The position numbers and the translations under genes were made by a program. A DNA stretch of 63,557 bases, filler included, from Hyphochytrium catenoides (lineage: Eukaryota > Protista > Hyphochytriomycota): the NCBI GenBank assembly GCA_900088475.1. It is 14 parts of 14 records of this genome, joined end to end, with 100 filler letters (N's around TTAATTAATTAA, not from the genome) between each part and the next. Parts side by side here need not be neighbours in the genome. Positions count along the whole stretch, not along the records: positions 20,506 to 32,332 come from FLMG01004316.1; positions 32,433 to 40,048 come from FLMG01001454.1; 12 more parts are not named here. The stretch is one strand, 5' to 3'. The notes below the pieces were generated by a model, which saw only the letters and a list, made by a program, of their open reading frames with translations, made no database searches and was not told where the DNA came from. Of this stretch, positions 25,086-39,887 are shown piece after piece. The stretch's first letter is position 1. Each line of letters begins with the position of its first letter.

Positions 25086-25920
25086 GTCAGGAGGCGGAGG
25101 ATGATAGCGAATATAAGAGAGACTAGAAGAGAGTGAAGAGGCGGGACAGAAAGAGAGAGACGGACGGCCATTCAATAAAAGAGAGAGAAAGAGAGAGAGA
25201 GAAAGAGAAAGAGAGGCACAGCGAAAGAGAGAGAGAGAGAGAGACAGCGAAAGAGAAGAGCGTTGAGATACAAAGAGAACCAGGAAGAGATGTTGATGAG
25301 GTTGGAGGAAGAGCGCAAGTAACTCTTACCGATGCCCCAGCTTCTCTTCTCTCTTCCTCACTCCGTTTTCTGTTTCTCTTCCGTTCCTCAATGGCCGTCT
25401 CTCCTCTCTCTTTCTCTCTCGTCTCCTCTCTTTTTTCCCTAGCCATTGGAGAACTGGCTCGTTGCTCTTTCTCCCTCTTGGGAGAAGGTGGCGAGGAAGG
25501 AGAGAGAGCATTCTCTTTCTTCTTTGGTCTCTCTTCCTCTTTCTCTCTTCCTTCTTCACTCTGTTTGCCCTTTTTAGATGGAGAAGAAGAAAGAGCGATG
25601 CCTTTCTCTCTCTTGTCTGGCTCTTCTCTCTCTGTTTCCTGTTTCTTTTTCTTGTCGTCTCCTTTTTGCACTTTCTCTCTCTCTTTCTCCCCTGTTAGGT
25701 CTTCATCAGAACTTCTAGAGGGAGGACGGCTCTCTGCGCTGCCTTTCCTTCCCTGGGAAGACTGAGTTTCTCCGCTTTTCTTGGTAGGAGAAGAGAGAGA
25801 GGAAGTTCTCTCTTTCTCCTTTCTCTCCTCCTGCGTGTCAGTCTTCTTTCCTCCTGGTCTTTCCTCCTCCTTTGCCTTACTCTTATCGCCCTCCGTTCTC
25901 TTCTTGGAGCCCCACATCAT
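21702..25920 (-). CDS. Multi-exon protein: charged N-terminus, EF-hand, MABP (beta-prism)-like repeat; 3' end not resolved
   Basis: Long K/E-rich exon at 25920-25330. EF-hand loop MDSNNDGVVDYADF at ~22930-22830. Exons ~22405-22289 and ~21795-21702 join in phase as PILEVRV...E...GYTCVYTNMHEGTGVSTGVWFCR...HPIVDLVL, which resembles the MABP repeat. Confidence 0.6.
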
Positions 25921-26380
25921 CTCCTTCCTTCTCTCTCTCTCTCTCTCTGTGTCTCTCTCTCTCTCTCTCTCTCTCCCTGTGTGTGTGTCTCTCTGTCTCT
26001 CTCTCTTTCTTGTTACTCCTCTTCTAAGTCTCTGTCTCTCGTCTCCCTAAGTTAAGCCTTTGTCTTTGTCTCTCTCTCCATGGTCAGGAAAGGGTGCATC
26101 GCGGTAACAGCAGAAGAGAGAGAGCAACAATGAAGGCTCTCAATCCTCTTTCTCTCTCTCTCTCGGAGAACAGCAGGGAGAGACTGCTAAGGTAGAGAAG
26201 ACTTCTGAAGGCAAGAGAGAGACAGCAAGGAACTGGAGATGCAGATGAAGATCGAGAAGAGAAAGAGACACGAGTGAAACTTGAGGTCAGGCAAAGAGAG
26301 TTGACGCCAAGAGGACAGAGCTTGACGGCGAGAGACAGTTTGACACACCGAGAAAGAGAGAGAGGGGGAGAAAGAGAGGG

Positions 26381-26445
<65 letters not shown>

Positions 26446-26628
26446 CTTGAGAACAGATAAAGTACCGCCTAAGTATTCGGGATGAAAAGGCGAAATATTG
26501 TGGAGATGATGAATAAACTAAACTATAATTCTTGATAAGGGCTAGCTGTAACGTCCCACAGTGTCTTTTGGATTTCTGGGCTTCCTCGATTTTTGAGTTC
26601 AGAAGCGTGGCAGAGGGGGAAAAAAAAG

Positions 26629-26675
<47 letters not shown>

Positions 26676-27253
26676 AGAGAGAGGGAGACAAGCCGCAATA
26701 GGAAGGCCAGACGCGAGACGTAGAGAGAGAGAGAGAGAGCACAAGAGAAAGGGAGTGAAGGACGCAAGGGACGAAGGAGTTTGAGAGAGGAAATGGCACA
26801 CAAAAGAAGAGCGCCATGCTCCAAGCTAAATGGACTGATATCTACAGAAGAGGTACCACGACAATAGGAGAAAAGAGAGAGAGAAAGAAAGAGAGAGAAC
26901 AGAGGGAGAGAGAGTAAGTGACAAGGTAAGTGAGGGGGAAAACCATAGTGGGATTGTACTCTTTCTCCTCTGGCAAAGAGATCCACGAGGAAGGAGAGCA
27001 AGTAGAGAGAGAAATTAAAGAGAGACAAGTGGAAAGAGGGAGAGAGAAAGAGAGGGCAAAAAAGAGGTGAACCACAGGCGAGCTCTCAAGAGAGAGAGAG
27101 ACATGCCGCCAGGGGAAGAGACGCGCACTGGTTCTGCTTCTGCACTATAATTTACTTTTATAAAGCACTGCAGCTTTTTGCATAGGAGAAGGAACCGCAA
27201 AAAAAGCTGAACCAGAAGAGACAAGAAGAGAGAGAGAAAGAGAGAGAGAGACA

Positions 27254-27287
<34 letters not shown>

Positions 27288-27537
27288 AAGGCAAAAGGAA
27301 AGAAGAGCTGCCCTGTGAGCCACGAAAGCCCAAGAAAACTAAAGAAGAGAGAGAGGAGAAGGAAGAGAGAGAAGCTAGAGAGAGATTCCATAACAAGAGA
27401 GGGAAGGTAAATCTTCTGAGCTTGAGATCATAGAGAAGAAAAAAGTGAGAGAGACAGAGAGCGGAGAGAGAACTCCGTTGGGACCTTCCGGAGAAGATCG
27501 GAGAGAGATAACCTTGACTCTCTCTCTCTCTCTCTCT

Positions 27538-28192
27538 CTATCGTACAAAGGAACCGACGCCTTCTTCCTTGAAATAGTGTGAGTCTGGTCGGGAGAGGTC
27601 GACGCCTTGGTGGATGATTTCCATCACTTCTTCCACTCCGACTTCCGAGGCAAAGACTTCTCCCAGACTCTTTCTCCTTCCTGGCGTGCTCTCTCTCTCT
27701 CCTCCTTCTCCTCCCTCTCCTCTTGGGCTACTCCGGAGAGAGAGAGAGTGATGTTTCCCACAGAGAAGAGGCGTTGACGGCGTTGCTTCTTCCAACGCTT
27801 GCATTTTCTCTATTCCCCTCCATCTCTCGATCACTTCTCCCGTGAGAACAAAGAGAAAGACTCCCACGCAGAAGAGAACGATCACATGTCCGCACAGGAG
27901 AGAGACGACCACGATTCCGGGAGAGGAAGAGAAGAGAGGAAGAGCATATGCCCACATATAATACATCAGATAGAGAGGGAGAAGCACGCGAGAGAGAAAC
28001 CACACGACGTAGTTTGCATAGAAAGAGAAAGAGTAAAGAAAAGAAGAAGCTCTTCCGCTTTGCTCTAAGAAACTCTTCGCGTTGAGAGGAAGAGTCGCGT
28101 ACTCGACGAGGAGAAAGAGGTTGAGGCCGTAGAACATCACCAGGCCACGGATCGGGGCGAGAGAGAAGATGCAGTAAGGGATTCTGGAAAGC

Positions 28193-28227
<35 letters not shown>

Positions 28228-29095
28228 NNNNNNNNNNNNNNNNNNNNNNNNNNNNNNNNAGAGAGAGAGAGAGAGAGAGTAGGGGAGAGACAGAGAGAGA
28301 AAAGGAGAGAAAGAGAAATGAGAGAAGTGCGAGGATGTAGAGAAGGGGGCGAGGGAAGGAATGTAGAGAGAAAAAGAGGGAGGGAGGAAGAGAGAGAGAG
28401 AGAGAAGGAAAGAAGGGGGAAGAGAGGAGGAGAGGGAGAAAGATGGAGAGGGGGAGCGAAGGATTTCATAAAAGAAAGAGAGGAGATGGGGTGTAAGAGC
28501 GCAGGGGAGGACAATGAGAGTAAAGCACGGAGAGAGAGAAAGAGAGAGAGGAATATCGTTAGTCGTCCGCAGGAGAAGAGCATGGAAGACAAAGAGTGAG
28601 AGGAATAAAAGTGAGATGGTAAGCGAAGAGGGGGCGAAAAGAAAGATATCCAGAAGAGAGAAACGGGGAGAGTGAAAGAAAAAGATCCACCTTACTCACA
28701 CGGAGTGAAGAGAATGAGCCAAGAGACAGGAGGGAGTGACAAAGGAGAGAGACGATAGTTTTACGGAAAGAGAAGAGAGAGAGAGACAGAGAGAGAGACA
28801 GAGAGTAAGCTTACAGGGCGACTGTATGATGGATCACGAAGACTGGCCACATTGGCACCAACCAGGCGACAATGATCATCAGATCCGTGAAGAAATAGCC
28901 GATGGCTGCAGTGGAAAACAGAGAGAGAAAGAGAGAGAGAGAGGATAAGACAATGGAGACATTAAGTCCTGTGAGAGAAAAGAGGAGAGAGATGGAGGAG
29001 CAATCAAACGCAATGACTGGGAAAGGATGACGGAAACGGAGAGCCCGTTGCCTTGAGAGGCGATAAAAGAAGGAGGACCCTAGTAGGCCACACAA

Positions 29096-29133
<38 letters not shown>

Positions 29134-29407
29134 CAAGCAAAAGGTTGCGTGCAGTGTAGGCGCTCAGGCAAACAGGACACAGATGAGATTGGGAAAAAGA
29201 GAGAGATAAGAAAGGTAGGGAGAGACAGGAGAGGCAAAGAGAGACAAAGAGAGAGAGACAAGCCTCCGGTCTTACAGATGCAGAAGAGCACCGAGGAAGG
29301 AACTGTGGAGTTCAAAGGTAGGAGGTCCTCCGACCAGCTCTGAAGGAAGAAAGTGATCGTCAATCCGAAGCTCACCACCGCCGCATGGATCGTAGAGTTG
29401 ACTCTGT

Positions 29408-29484
<77 letters not shown>

Positions 29485-29629
29485 GAGAGAAAGAGTGAGT
29501 GAGTGAGAAATGAAGATACTCAAGACAGAGAGAGAGAGCGAAAGAGGACAGAAGCTTGAAGAGGGAGAGAGAGAGGTCTTTGTAACTTAAGCCATTGTTT
29601 TTTTGTTTCTTCTTCTGCAGTTCGCCCAT
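27538..29629 (-). CDS. TLC (TRAM/LAG1/CLN8) domain membrane protein, TLCD4/TMEM56-like
   Basis: Exons encode AIGYFFTDL...VFVIHHTVAL and LLVEYATLPLNAK...VWFLSRVLL with several TM helices, matching the TLC GYF-D, HH, E-xT-xN and R motifs. The start at 29629 is tentative. Confidence 0.8.
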
Positions 29630-29759
29630 TATATCTTCTTTTAAAGCGTCCGACTCACTACTGAGCTAGCTCTCTCTCTCTCTCTCTCTCTTCCTCTTTA
29701 TCTCTCTCTCTTTCTCCGATTCCATATTCGGCTTTTCTCTTGCGTAGCCTCACGTCCTC

Positions 29760-29792
<33 letters not shown>

Positions 29793-30006
29793 TTCTTTGC
29801 CTCTCTCTCTCTTCTCTCTCCCCACTCTGTCTTCCCTACCTGCTGCACCAATCTGCCTTCTGATGAGTCTCAAACTTCAGAAAGACGTTTGACTTTCTCG
29901 CGGAGACGAGCCACGAGATGACGAAGACGATCCAGAAGACCAGGAAGGAGGCAGCCGACAGCCCGATGGCCATAGAAACCGAGAGAGTCTCCGGAGGATT
30001 CATCTT

Positions 30007-30048
<42 letters not shown>

Positions 30049-30804
30049 CGCGATTAGCCGAAGGGTTGCGCGTCGCGGACGCGCTGTCCTGTTCTACTAA
30101 GTGGGCGAAAGAGAGAATGGCGAGAAGTGAGAACCTTTACGTCTTCGTTTTCTCTCTTTCTTCTTCTGTTTCGAGGCAGGTCGGTCTCCTGAGGAGGAGG
30201 AGGAGAGCGGAGAGAGGAAAAGAGACAAAAAAAGAGAGAAGAGAAAGGGAGAGAGAAAAAGCTCATCAACAAGACCACTCCCAGCGTTCAATGACAAGGG
30301 AACCTCTCTTTCAAGAGAGAGCAAGAGAGAGAGAGAGAGAGAGAAACACTTCAGAGATCTCATTAGAGTCCCCGCAGGTCTCAAGAAACAGATGTGGACG
30401 AGAGAGAGAGATACAGAGCAAAGGACAGACAGAGAATGCCGACCAATGGGAGGAAAATGAGAGGGGAAAACGGGAAGACAGAGAAACAGTAAGAGAGACG
30501 GTTGTGGGACAGAGCCAGAAGAGAGACGAGGGGCAGAGAAAGAGAGAAAACATTGAGACAGACAACCCGCAAGGAGAGATAGATACTGAAAGAAAGAGAG
30601 AGAAGCAAGAGAGATTGGTGAGGCAAACAGACCGCGCAGAGGGAAAGACTGAGATAGAGAGACTTACAAAGAGAAACAGAGAGAGAGAAGAGGGAGACAG
30701 AGAGAGAGATTGAGAGACAGAGAGGGAGAGAAAGGGGGGGAGATATAGAGAGAGAGAGAGAAAGAGAGAGAGAGAGGAAGAGAGAGAAAGAGCGAGAGAG
30801 AGGG

Positions 30805-30836
<32 letters not shown>

Positions 30837-31219
30837 AAGAAAGAGACCGAGAGAGAGAGAGTAGGAGAGACACAAGGAGGAGATGATGTCCAAAACGTCC
30901 CCTTGCTTTTGGCCTCTCTTTGGCCCTCAGGAGGCTGCTCTTTGGTCTCCGGGGGGAGATCAGAGACAACCAGTCCTTTTCGAGCAGAATATTTCGTTAA
31001 AGGAAGAATGAAACATTACTCAAAGAGCTATTAATAATCCCAAAGCATTAAATTATTCCACATATAACTTTCACCGCTATAAGTACAGTTCACGGCCTGC
31101 CCAAAGAGATAACTTTTGTATTCTCTGATAACTAGTTTCTGTGTTCTATGATAACTCACTGAAGCCTGTAACGCCCAAGAAAAAGAGAGCAACAAGGAAC
31201 AGACGAGAGAGAGAGAAAA

Positions 31220-31264
<45 letters not shown>

Positions 31265-31651
31265 GAGAGAGGACAGAGAGAGAGAGAGAGAAAGAGAAAG
31301 AGAGAGAGAGAGACGAAGAGAGAGAGCGCCCGTAACAGAGAGAGACTACTTGTACAAGAGAGAGAAAGGAAGACATAAGAACGAAGTAACAACGAGAGAA
31401 AGGGAGTGTTGGAAGAAAAGAAGAGAGGGAAAGGGGTTCGGCAAGAGAGAGAGAGGATCCCAAGAGAGAGAAGAAAGAGAAGGGCAGGAAAGAAGAGACA
31501 CAACTCTCAAAAGAAAGACATCGCAAGGGAAAGAATGCAGTGGAAGACAGAATGCTGACCAACACTCTGGCGATCGTATCCTTTTCTATTGCCCGAAGAT
31601 GCTAACGGAGCTTGGTTTTCCTAAGTAACCAGACCTGAGATTAAAAAGAGA

Positions 31652-31689
<38 letters not shown>

Positions 31690-31854
31690 ATCCGGTCCTA
31701 TAGATACATACCTCTAAGGGTACGGGCTACCTATATAATCGACAAAGGACGACAAAGAAAGAGTAAACTGAGAGAAGAGATAAAAGAGAGAAGACACTAG
31801 GAAAATGTGAAGATAAAGAAAGAACGAGAAACAGACGAGGAACAGGGAGCAGAG

Positions 31855-31908
<54 letters not shown>

Positions 31909-32761
31909 AGAGGCTCCAAGCCATCTCCTGACATGACAGGGAGGGCAAGCAAGGTCAGAGTCGGCACTGTGAAGGTAAAATAGCCCCAATATTCATTGTT
32001 ATGTCAATCACTGTCTGAAGCTCCTTATCTCTTTCGTGTCTCTCTCTCTCTTCCATTGTCTCTCTCTCTCTCTCTCCTTTTCAACTCTCTCTCTCTCTCC
32101 TCGTCTCTCTTTCCCTCTTCTCTCTATCGTCGTCGGTCTCACTCACTGCTTGTCACTCTCCGTTGGCTCCTCTCTCCCTTCCTATCGCTTCTATCTTATC
32201 TCCTCCCTTGACATTCCGTGGTGTTCGTTGCTCTCACGCCCTCTCTCTCTTTCTCTCTCTGTCTCTGTCTTTCTCTCTGTGATTTTCAGTCGCTAAAGGA
32301 GGCGGTGAAAGAGAGAGACGATGCCGCTGTCCNNNNNNNNNNNNNNNNNNNNNNNNNNNNNNNNNNNNNNNNNNNNTTAATTAATTAANNNNNNNNNNNN
32401 NNNNNNNNNNNNNNNNNNNNNNNNNNNNNNNNTCTCTCTCTCTCTCTCTCTCTCTCTGGGTGCGGGCGGAACTTGTAGACCAAGAAGTCAAAATGAAGGG
32501 TGATAGAGAGAGACAGAGAGGAAAAAAGAGAGGGACAGAGAGAGAGAGAAGGAGGGGGAGGGAAGAGAGAGACAGAGAATCAAGGAGCATGGGACTGCGA
32601 GAACGAAACAAAGAGACAAGACACTAGACAGGCAGGATAGTGGAACAAAAAGGAAGAGAAGACAGGGAGGAGAGAGACAGAGAGAGAGAGACAGAGAGAG
32701 AGAGAAAGAGAGAGAGAGAGACAGAGAGAGACGGAGAGAAATAGAAAGGAGTAATGCATAA

Positions 32762-32819
<58 letters not shown>

Positions 32820-33014
32820 CAAGACACCTTTCGAATGAGACAAAAACGAGAGACCGTGCTGCCACTCAAGCGAAAGGCACTTCTCCTCCTCCTCCAACCC
32901 CTATCTCCTGATCATTTAACGCTAGGGATATTATTACTCTGTCTAGTAGTGAAGGGTCAATTATAGCCGGAACGATGCTTCGTCCCTCTCTCGTCGTCTA
33001 TTCCCATAACAAAA

Positions 33015-33385
33015 ACCCTACTCTGTCTGGTAGTGGTGCGGCTGAACCTGTACTACCAGTAGACTCCTGAGGATATCTCCACAACTTTTAACACCTATAA
33101 TAACCCTACTCTGTCTAGTAGTGGTGCAACTGATCATGTACTACCAGTAGACTCCTGCAGATATCTCCACACCCTTTAAGACTTATGATAACCCTACTCT
33201 GTCTAGTAGTGGTGCAGCTAACCATGAACTACCAGTAGACGCCTGAAGATATCTCCACACCCTTTAACCTTTATGATAACCCTACTCTGTCTAGTACTGG
33301 TGCAGCTAACCATGTACTATCAGTAGACGCCTGAAGATATCTCCACACCCTTTAAGACTTATGATAACCCTACGCTGTCTAGTCG
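33015..33385. repeat. 88-bp tandem repeat (4 full units plus partial), each with an internal inverted repeat
   Basis: ACCCTAC(T/G)CTGTCT begins at 33015, 33103, 33191, 33279 and 33367. Short degenerate heads occur near 32935, 33441 and 33684. Confidence 0.95.
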
Positions 33386-35627
33386 AGCCGATTAATGTGT
33401 CTGTCAAGTCTTTCGTCAGCCACAAATCTCTCTCATAGCACTACTCTGTCTGCCTCTTCAGTAAAGTCACTAGGATGATGCAGCAGTACCTAGCACTGCT
33501 TACTGACCACTGGTCCTCGCTGGAAAAAAGCAGCATCAATGGAGGATCACTCTTGCCCAACTAGTCCCAAGAATAGTGCTATTCTGGTTCGTCATCTAGG
33601 GCGGCGGATGTCGTAGATCTCTGTACAGAAGAAGACGGCCTCCTGCTGGTTGTTCTAGTATCGTACAAGCCATAGACGTACCGCTACTCTGTCTAACAAG
33701 CAGAGATAATGCAGTCCTTCGCCTACAGACAACAGCTCTTCTATCATCTAAACAGCAGAAGAATTGAAGGAGAGCCGCGGACCCTCACTTCTTGTCAGAA
33801 AATTGCCCTGATGAGGAGGGAATCGTGGACAGTTCATCATTATAGTAGTTCCTATAAGTAGGTGTTCCCCATCATTCAGGCCTGGAAAACAGCCGTGCAG
33901 CTTCTTCTTGGGCCTACCCTACTCTTACTACCACAGTTCTCCTCTCTGTTGGTGGCTGTAACATCTCCTTCTTCTCACTGATACGCTGGGAATGTGTCCA
34001 TCACTCCAAAGGTTGGTCATGTCCGTTATCAGAGTGGTAGTCCACACTCGCCACTGTTGATGGCTTGTCTTTGCATGTTTGGCTGATAGTAGTAGTCTAA
34101 ATCTTGCATGCTCTACATCATAGAGATGGTGGGATGTGCGACTGCCCGCGCTCACCGCGCGCTAGGCTGTAATCTCACTTCACATTTTCCAGACGATCTG
34201 CACTTCGGCTTATTGCGCTAGAGTGTTCTTTCCTAGGCTTCCTCTGTGCCTACCATTAGCGTACGAGAGAGACGAGTCTCGGTCAAGTATTCCGAGAGGC
34301 TCTAAACGCTCCTGTGGTTATATAGAAGTCATAAGTAAACGAAGAAGAAAGAAAGAGCATCATAGCAAGAGTATGAGGAGATAAATGGGACATGAGAAAG
34401 AAATGGAAAGAACAATAAAAAAGAAGATAGAAGGGAGACGCGGAGCAAGCCGGGCACCCATAGTCTTCATAACCGCAACGAACAACAGGAGAAGAAAGTG
34501 AATAGACCACAAGAGCAACAATGATCGAGGATGGCCGCCCCTCGCCGCCCTACGTCGTCAACTCTATAAAGAGACGTTATTATTAGCAAGAAGAACAGCT
34601 CCGTTACCGCGGCTCGAGGGGGAGAGAAGATGGGGAAAAAAGTAAGGGAAGACATGGAAGAAGAAGAGGAAAGGAGAGAGAGAGAGAGAGTGATGATAGA
34701 CAGAGAGAGACAGAGAGGAGGGAGAGATAAACAAGAGCGAGCCGTGAAAAGAAAGCAAACCAAGCAGACAAAGAAGAAGAGCAAAAAGAAGGAGAAAAAG
34801 AAGATTTGTTTTAAAGAGATTTTATTCTTATTTTCTACTACCACTACCTACACCACTGAAGTAGCAGTAGTAGTAGAAGTAGGAGCAGGAGAAGACTAAG
34901 AAGAAGAGGAAGAATAGCCTCCTCCTCCTCCTCCTTCTTCTTCTTCTAATTCTTTTACTTCATCTTTTTACTTCTTGTTCTTCTTCTTGTTACTTTTTCT
35001 TTTTTTTTTTCAGTAGTTCATAGTATAATCGTCTCCTCATCATAACAGAAAAAAGGAATAAAGAAAAGAAGAAGAAGAAGAGACAAGAGCTACAAAACCT
35101 TGGACGCTTCATAAAAAATAACAAACGGGGAAGACTGTCAGGCTTCCTGTCCGTTACCCGGTTTCCTCAAATTTAGAGGGGCCGTTACCGGTTATCAAGC
35201 CCGTTAACGGTACATTACCTCCTGGGAACTTGTGCTTTCTGAACCGGTTCTTGTACAGAGGTCAAGGTATCCGAATTGACTGGTGACAGGGTGTCCCACC
35301 CATCCCTAGGATCTAATCAGGGGATATACCACCCCATGCACACTCACCTTCCACAGTACCCTATCCAAACTCTCACCGTTGTACAGCTAGAGACCTTGTG
35401 TATGTTACTATAGAAACCCCAAAGTAAATGAGTGCATCGGCAAACCCACTATCTCTATCGAAGCGGGTATGTTTTTGTAGGTGGTGGGGCAGGCGAAGAA
35501 AAGCCAATAATAAAGCTCTGAAAATCTTTCAGACGGAGATTATTGACTTTTCTGGGTCGTGTCGCCGCCTCTCCCTGGTTCTCAGAGCTCTATTTCTAAG
35601 TCATAGTCATCTATCGCTCAGAGCACA

Positions 35628-36475
35628 ATGAACAGGTTGATCACCCTTAACAAGAGCTTCAGGAGGCTGGCCTCTACCACCTCCTACCAGAGATATGACT
35701 GGTAAGAGATGACGGATACAACCTATCATCCCGGCTCAACTTGGCATTGGATCTGAGCTCCTTTGTCTCTGCCAAATAACAGGAGCAACCTTCTTAGCAA
35801 ATTGCCTGAGACTGAAGAAGGGGACGTCAGGGAAACGATCAAGGGTTTTATAGCCCGAAGAGAGGAGGTTAAGAGAGAACTGGCTCGCTACGGAACTGAC
35901 CCAGAGCCAATTGACTTTGACTATTATCGCGATATGATTGAGGAGGAAGGCTACGTAGATGCCGCTGAGGTACTTCACGGAGATATCGGATTCTGTGGCT
36001 GTCTTGTCATCTCTTCTTCATTTCTCCAGCTGGGAGCCTCCTCCAAGCATTTCTGTTTGCCATCAGTCAGGCTCCTTGTTCTCTTCCTCATCTCGCTCGC
36101 TCTCTCTCTGTTTCCTGCCTCTCTCTCTCTCTTTAAAGTGTTTCTCTCCCCGTCACTTTCTTGCCAGTCCTCTTCGTCAGGGTGATCTCGGCGCCGGGCT
36201 GCTTCTTTTTATCTCTACCTGTTTACCATCAAATCCTGAAGTTGGAAGTGGAGCTGTCTAGTCACTGATTTGCACCTGTTTCTCCCCTTTGTCACCGTCT
36301 TTCTCCCTCCTTTTTCCTGTCTGTCTCTTCTCTCTCTACGGTCCCTTCTGTGTGTCTCTCTCTCCCCGATATATAGAGCAATTACCATGCGATTCTCGAG
36401 AAAATGGCGGACTTCCGCGACTCTGAGGCGTACAAGGAAGCCATGAGCGAAATTGAGGCCGCTATTCCTGAGGAC

Positions 36476-36512
<37 letters not shown>

Positions 36513-37205
36513 CACACTATTTCTCTCTCTTCCCATCGCTTCACTTTGACAGTCCAAAAGTGCCTATCCCTTTGCCAGAGTCTCCCTTTTCTTTCTCTTG
36601 CTTTCGCTGTCTCTACTAAGGGTTGGTCACTACCTGCAAGTGGCTGCAGTCTCTCTCTCTCTCTCTTTCTTCCCTTTTGCGGTGTCTCTCTTTACTGTCC
36701 TCACTCTGAGGTCTCTGTCCTCTATTGTACCTACTCTTTTTCTCTTTTGATCTGTGTCTCTCTCTCAATTGCACTATGGCGCTGCTCTTCTGTTTATACG
36801 TTCGCATAGCTCGTCTTCTCTCTCTCTCTCTCCCCCCCTTCTTTCTCTTGTTCTCTCTCTTTCTTTTCTCCCCGTAACTCTCCTGTCATCACGTCTCTCG
36901 CGCTCACAATGAGTATACATCACTCACAGAACACTCACTTCTCTCTCGTGTCTCTCTCTCTCCACTTTTCTCTCTTTCTCTCTCCCTTTCTCTCTCTCTC
37001 TCTCCCACAGCTGAAGAACGTGCGGAACTTTATGGCAGAGAAGGCAGCAGAGAGAGAGAAGCTCGAGGCCGAGCTGGCCAAGCTGAAGGCGAACAGGACG
37101 ACTTATGAGACGACCATCGACGATGTGCTCAAGCTTTACCCAGAGATCAGAGAGGAAATCGAAGAAGAGATCGCCAACCACGACTATGGACCGTCTAAGC
37201 AGTAA
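35628..37205 (+). CDS. ATP7: Mitochondrial ATP synthase subunit d
   Basis: Four exons (35628-35701, 35783-35969, 36377-36475, 37011-37205) join in phase. Transit-peptide-like N-terminus, then YDW, PEPIDFDYYR and TTIDDVLKLYPEIREEIEEEIANHDY, then TAA. Confidence 0.85.
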
Positions 37206-37968
37206 AAGACATATGGAGAGTGAGAGAGAAAGAGAGAGAGAGAGAGAAGAGTGTGGGCATGGCCGGAGAAGTCTCCTCTCCTCTCCCGCTACTCTCCTGT
37301 TCTCTCCGTCTTTCTCACACAAGACTCGGGCCGGTGGTGGATTGCTCTACTCTGAGAGCATGATGAAAGAAAGAAGAGAGAAGGTTTTTGCGAGAGAGAG
37401 AGAAAGGGAGCGTTTCACGTTGGTCCTTAGTAGTTTAGGCGTTGTCTCTTCTCTCTCTTGCTGCCTGAAGAGAGAGAGACAAAACTTAAGGCAGTTGGCG
37501 CTCTTCAGTCTAAAATGAAATAGTCCCTTCCAACTTGTGTCGCGCCTCTCTCTATTTCTCTCTCTCTCTCTCTCTCCCTTTGTCTGCTCTCTATTTCTCT
37601 CTCCTGTCGCGGCTCTTTCTCATTGTCTTCCATCTTGAGTCAGAGAATCACTTCATAGCAAGAGCCTTATTCTTTTCTTTTTTCTTAACTTCTCTCTTCC
37701 GGCTCCCTCTCCTCTATATCATGATATTCTATGCACACCGTGAGCGTGTCTGTCTCTCTCTCCTTCTCTCTCTCTCTTGGCCCCTGTTTCTTACGTTCTC
37801 TTTCTCTCCTGCTCTCTCTGTCGCTCTCCCCTGAGTGACTCCTATTTTTCTCCGCCCTCTGTTTCCTCCCTCTCCATGTCTCAGATGTTCTCTCCTTTCT
37901 GGGCTCGGTTTCTTTTTCTCTCTCTTTCTCTTTCTCTCTCTCCACTCCTCTCTCTCTCTCTCTTCCTC

Positions 37969-39825
<1,857 letters not shown>

Positions 39826-39849
39826 CTAGGAAGTACATGGGGAGAGGAA

Positions 39850-39887
<38 letters not shown>

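Noticed and set aside
9344-32332. Hundreds of SLSLSL/ERERER ORFs in the ORF track
   Set aside because: They are translations of (CT)n/(GA)n tracts, which lack stop codons in any frame.
33015-33385. CRISPR-like array
   Set aside because: Units are similar along their whole 88 bp with no unique spacers, there are no cas genes, and the context is eukaryotic.
35140-35260. MITE/hAT end (repeated CCGTTA(C/A)C motifs)
   Set aside because: No matching second terminus or target-site duplication was found.
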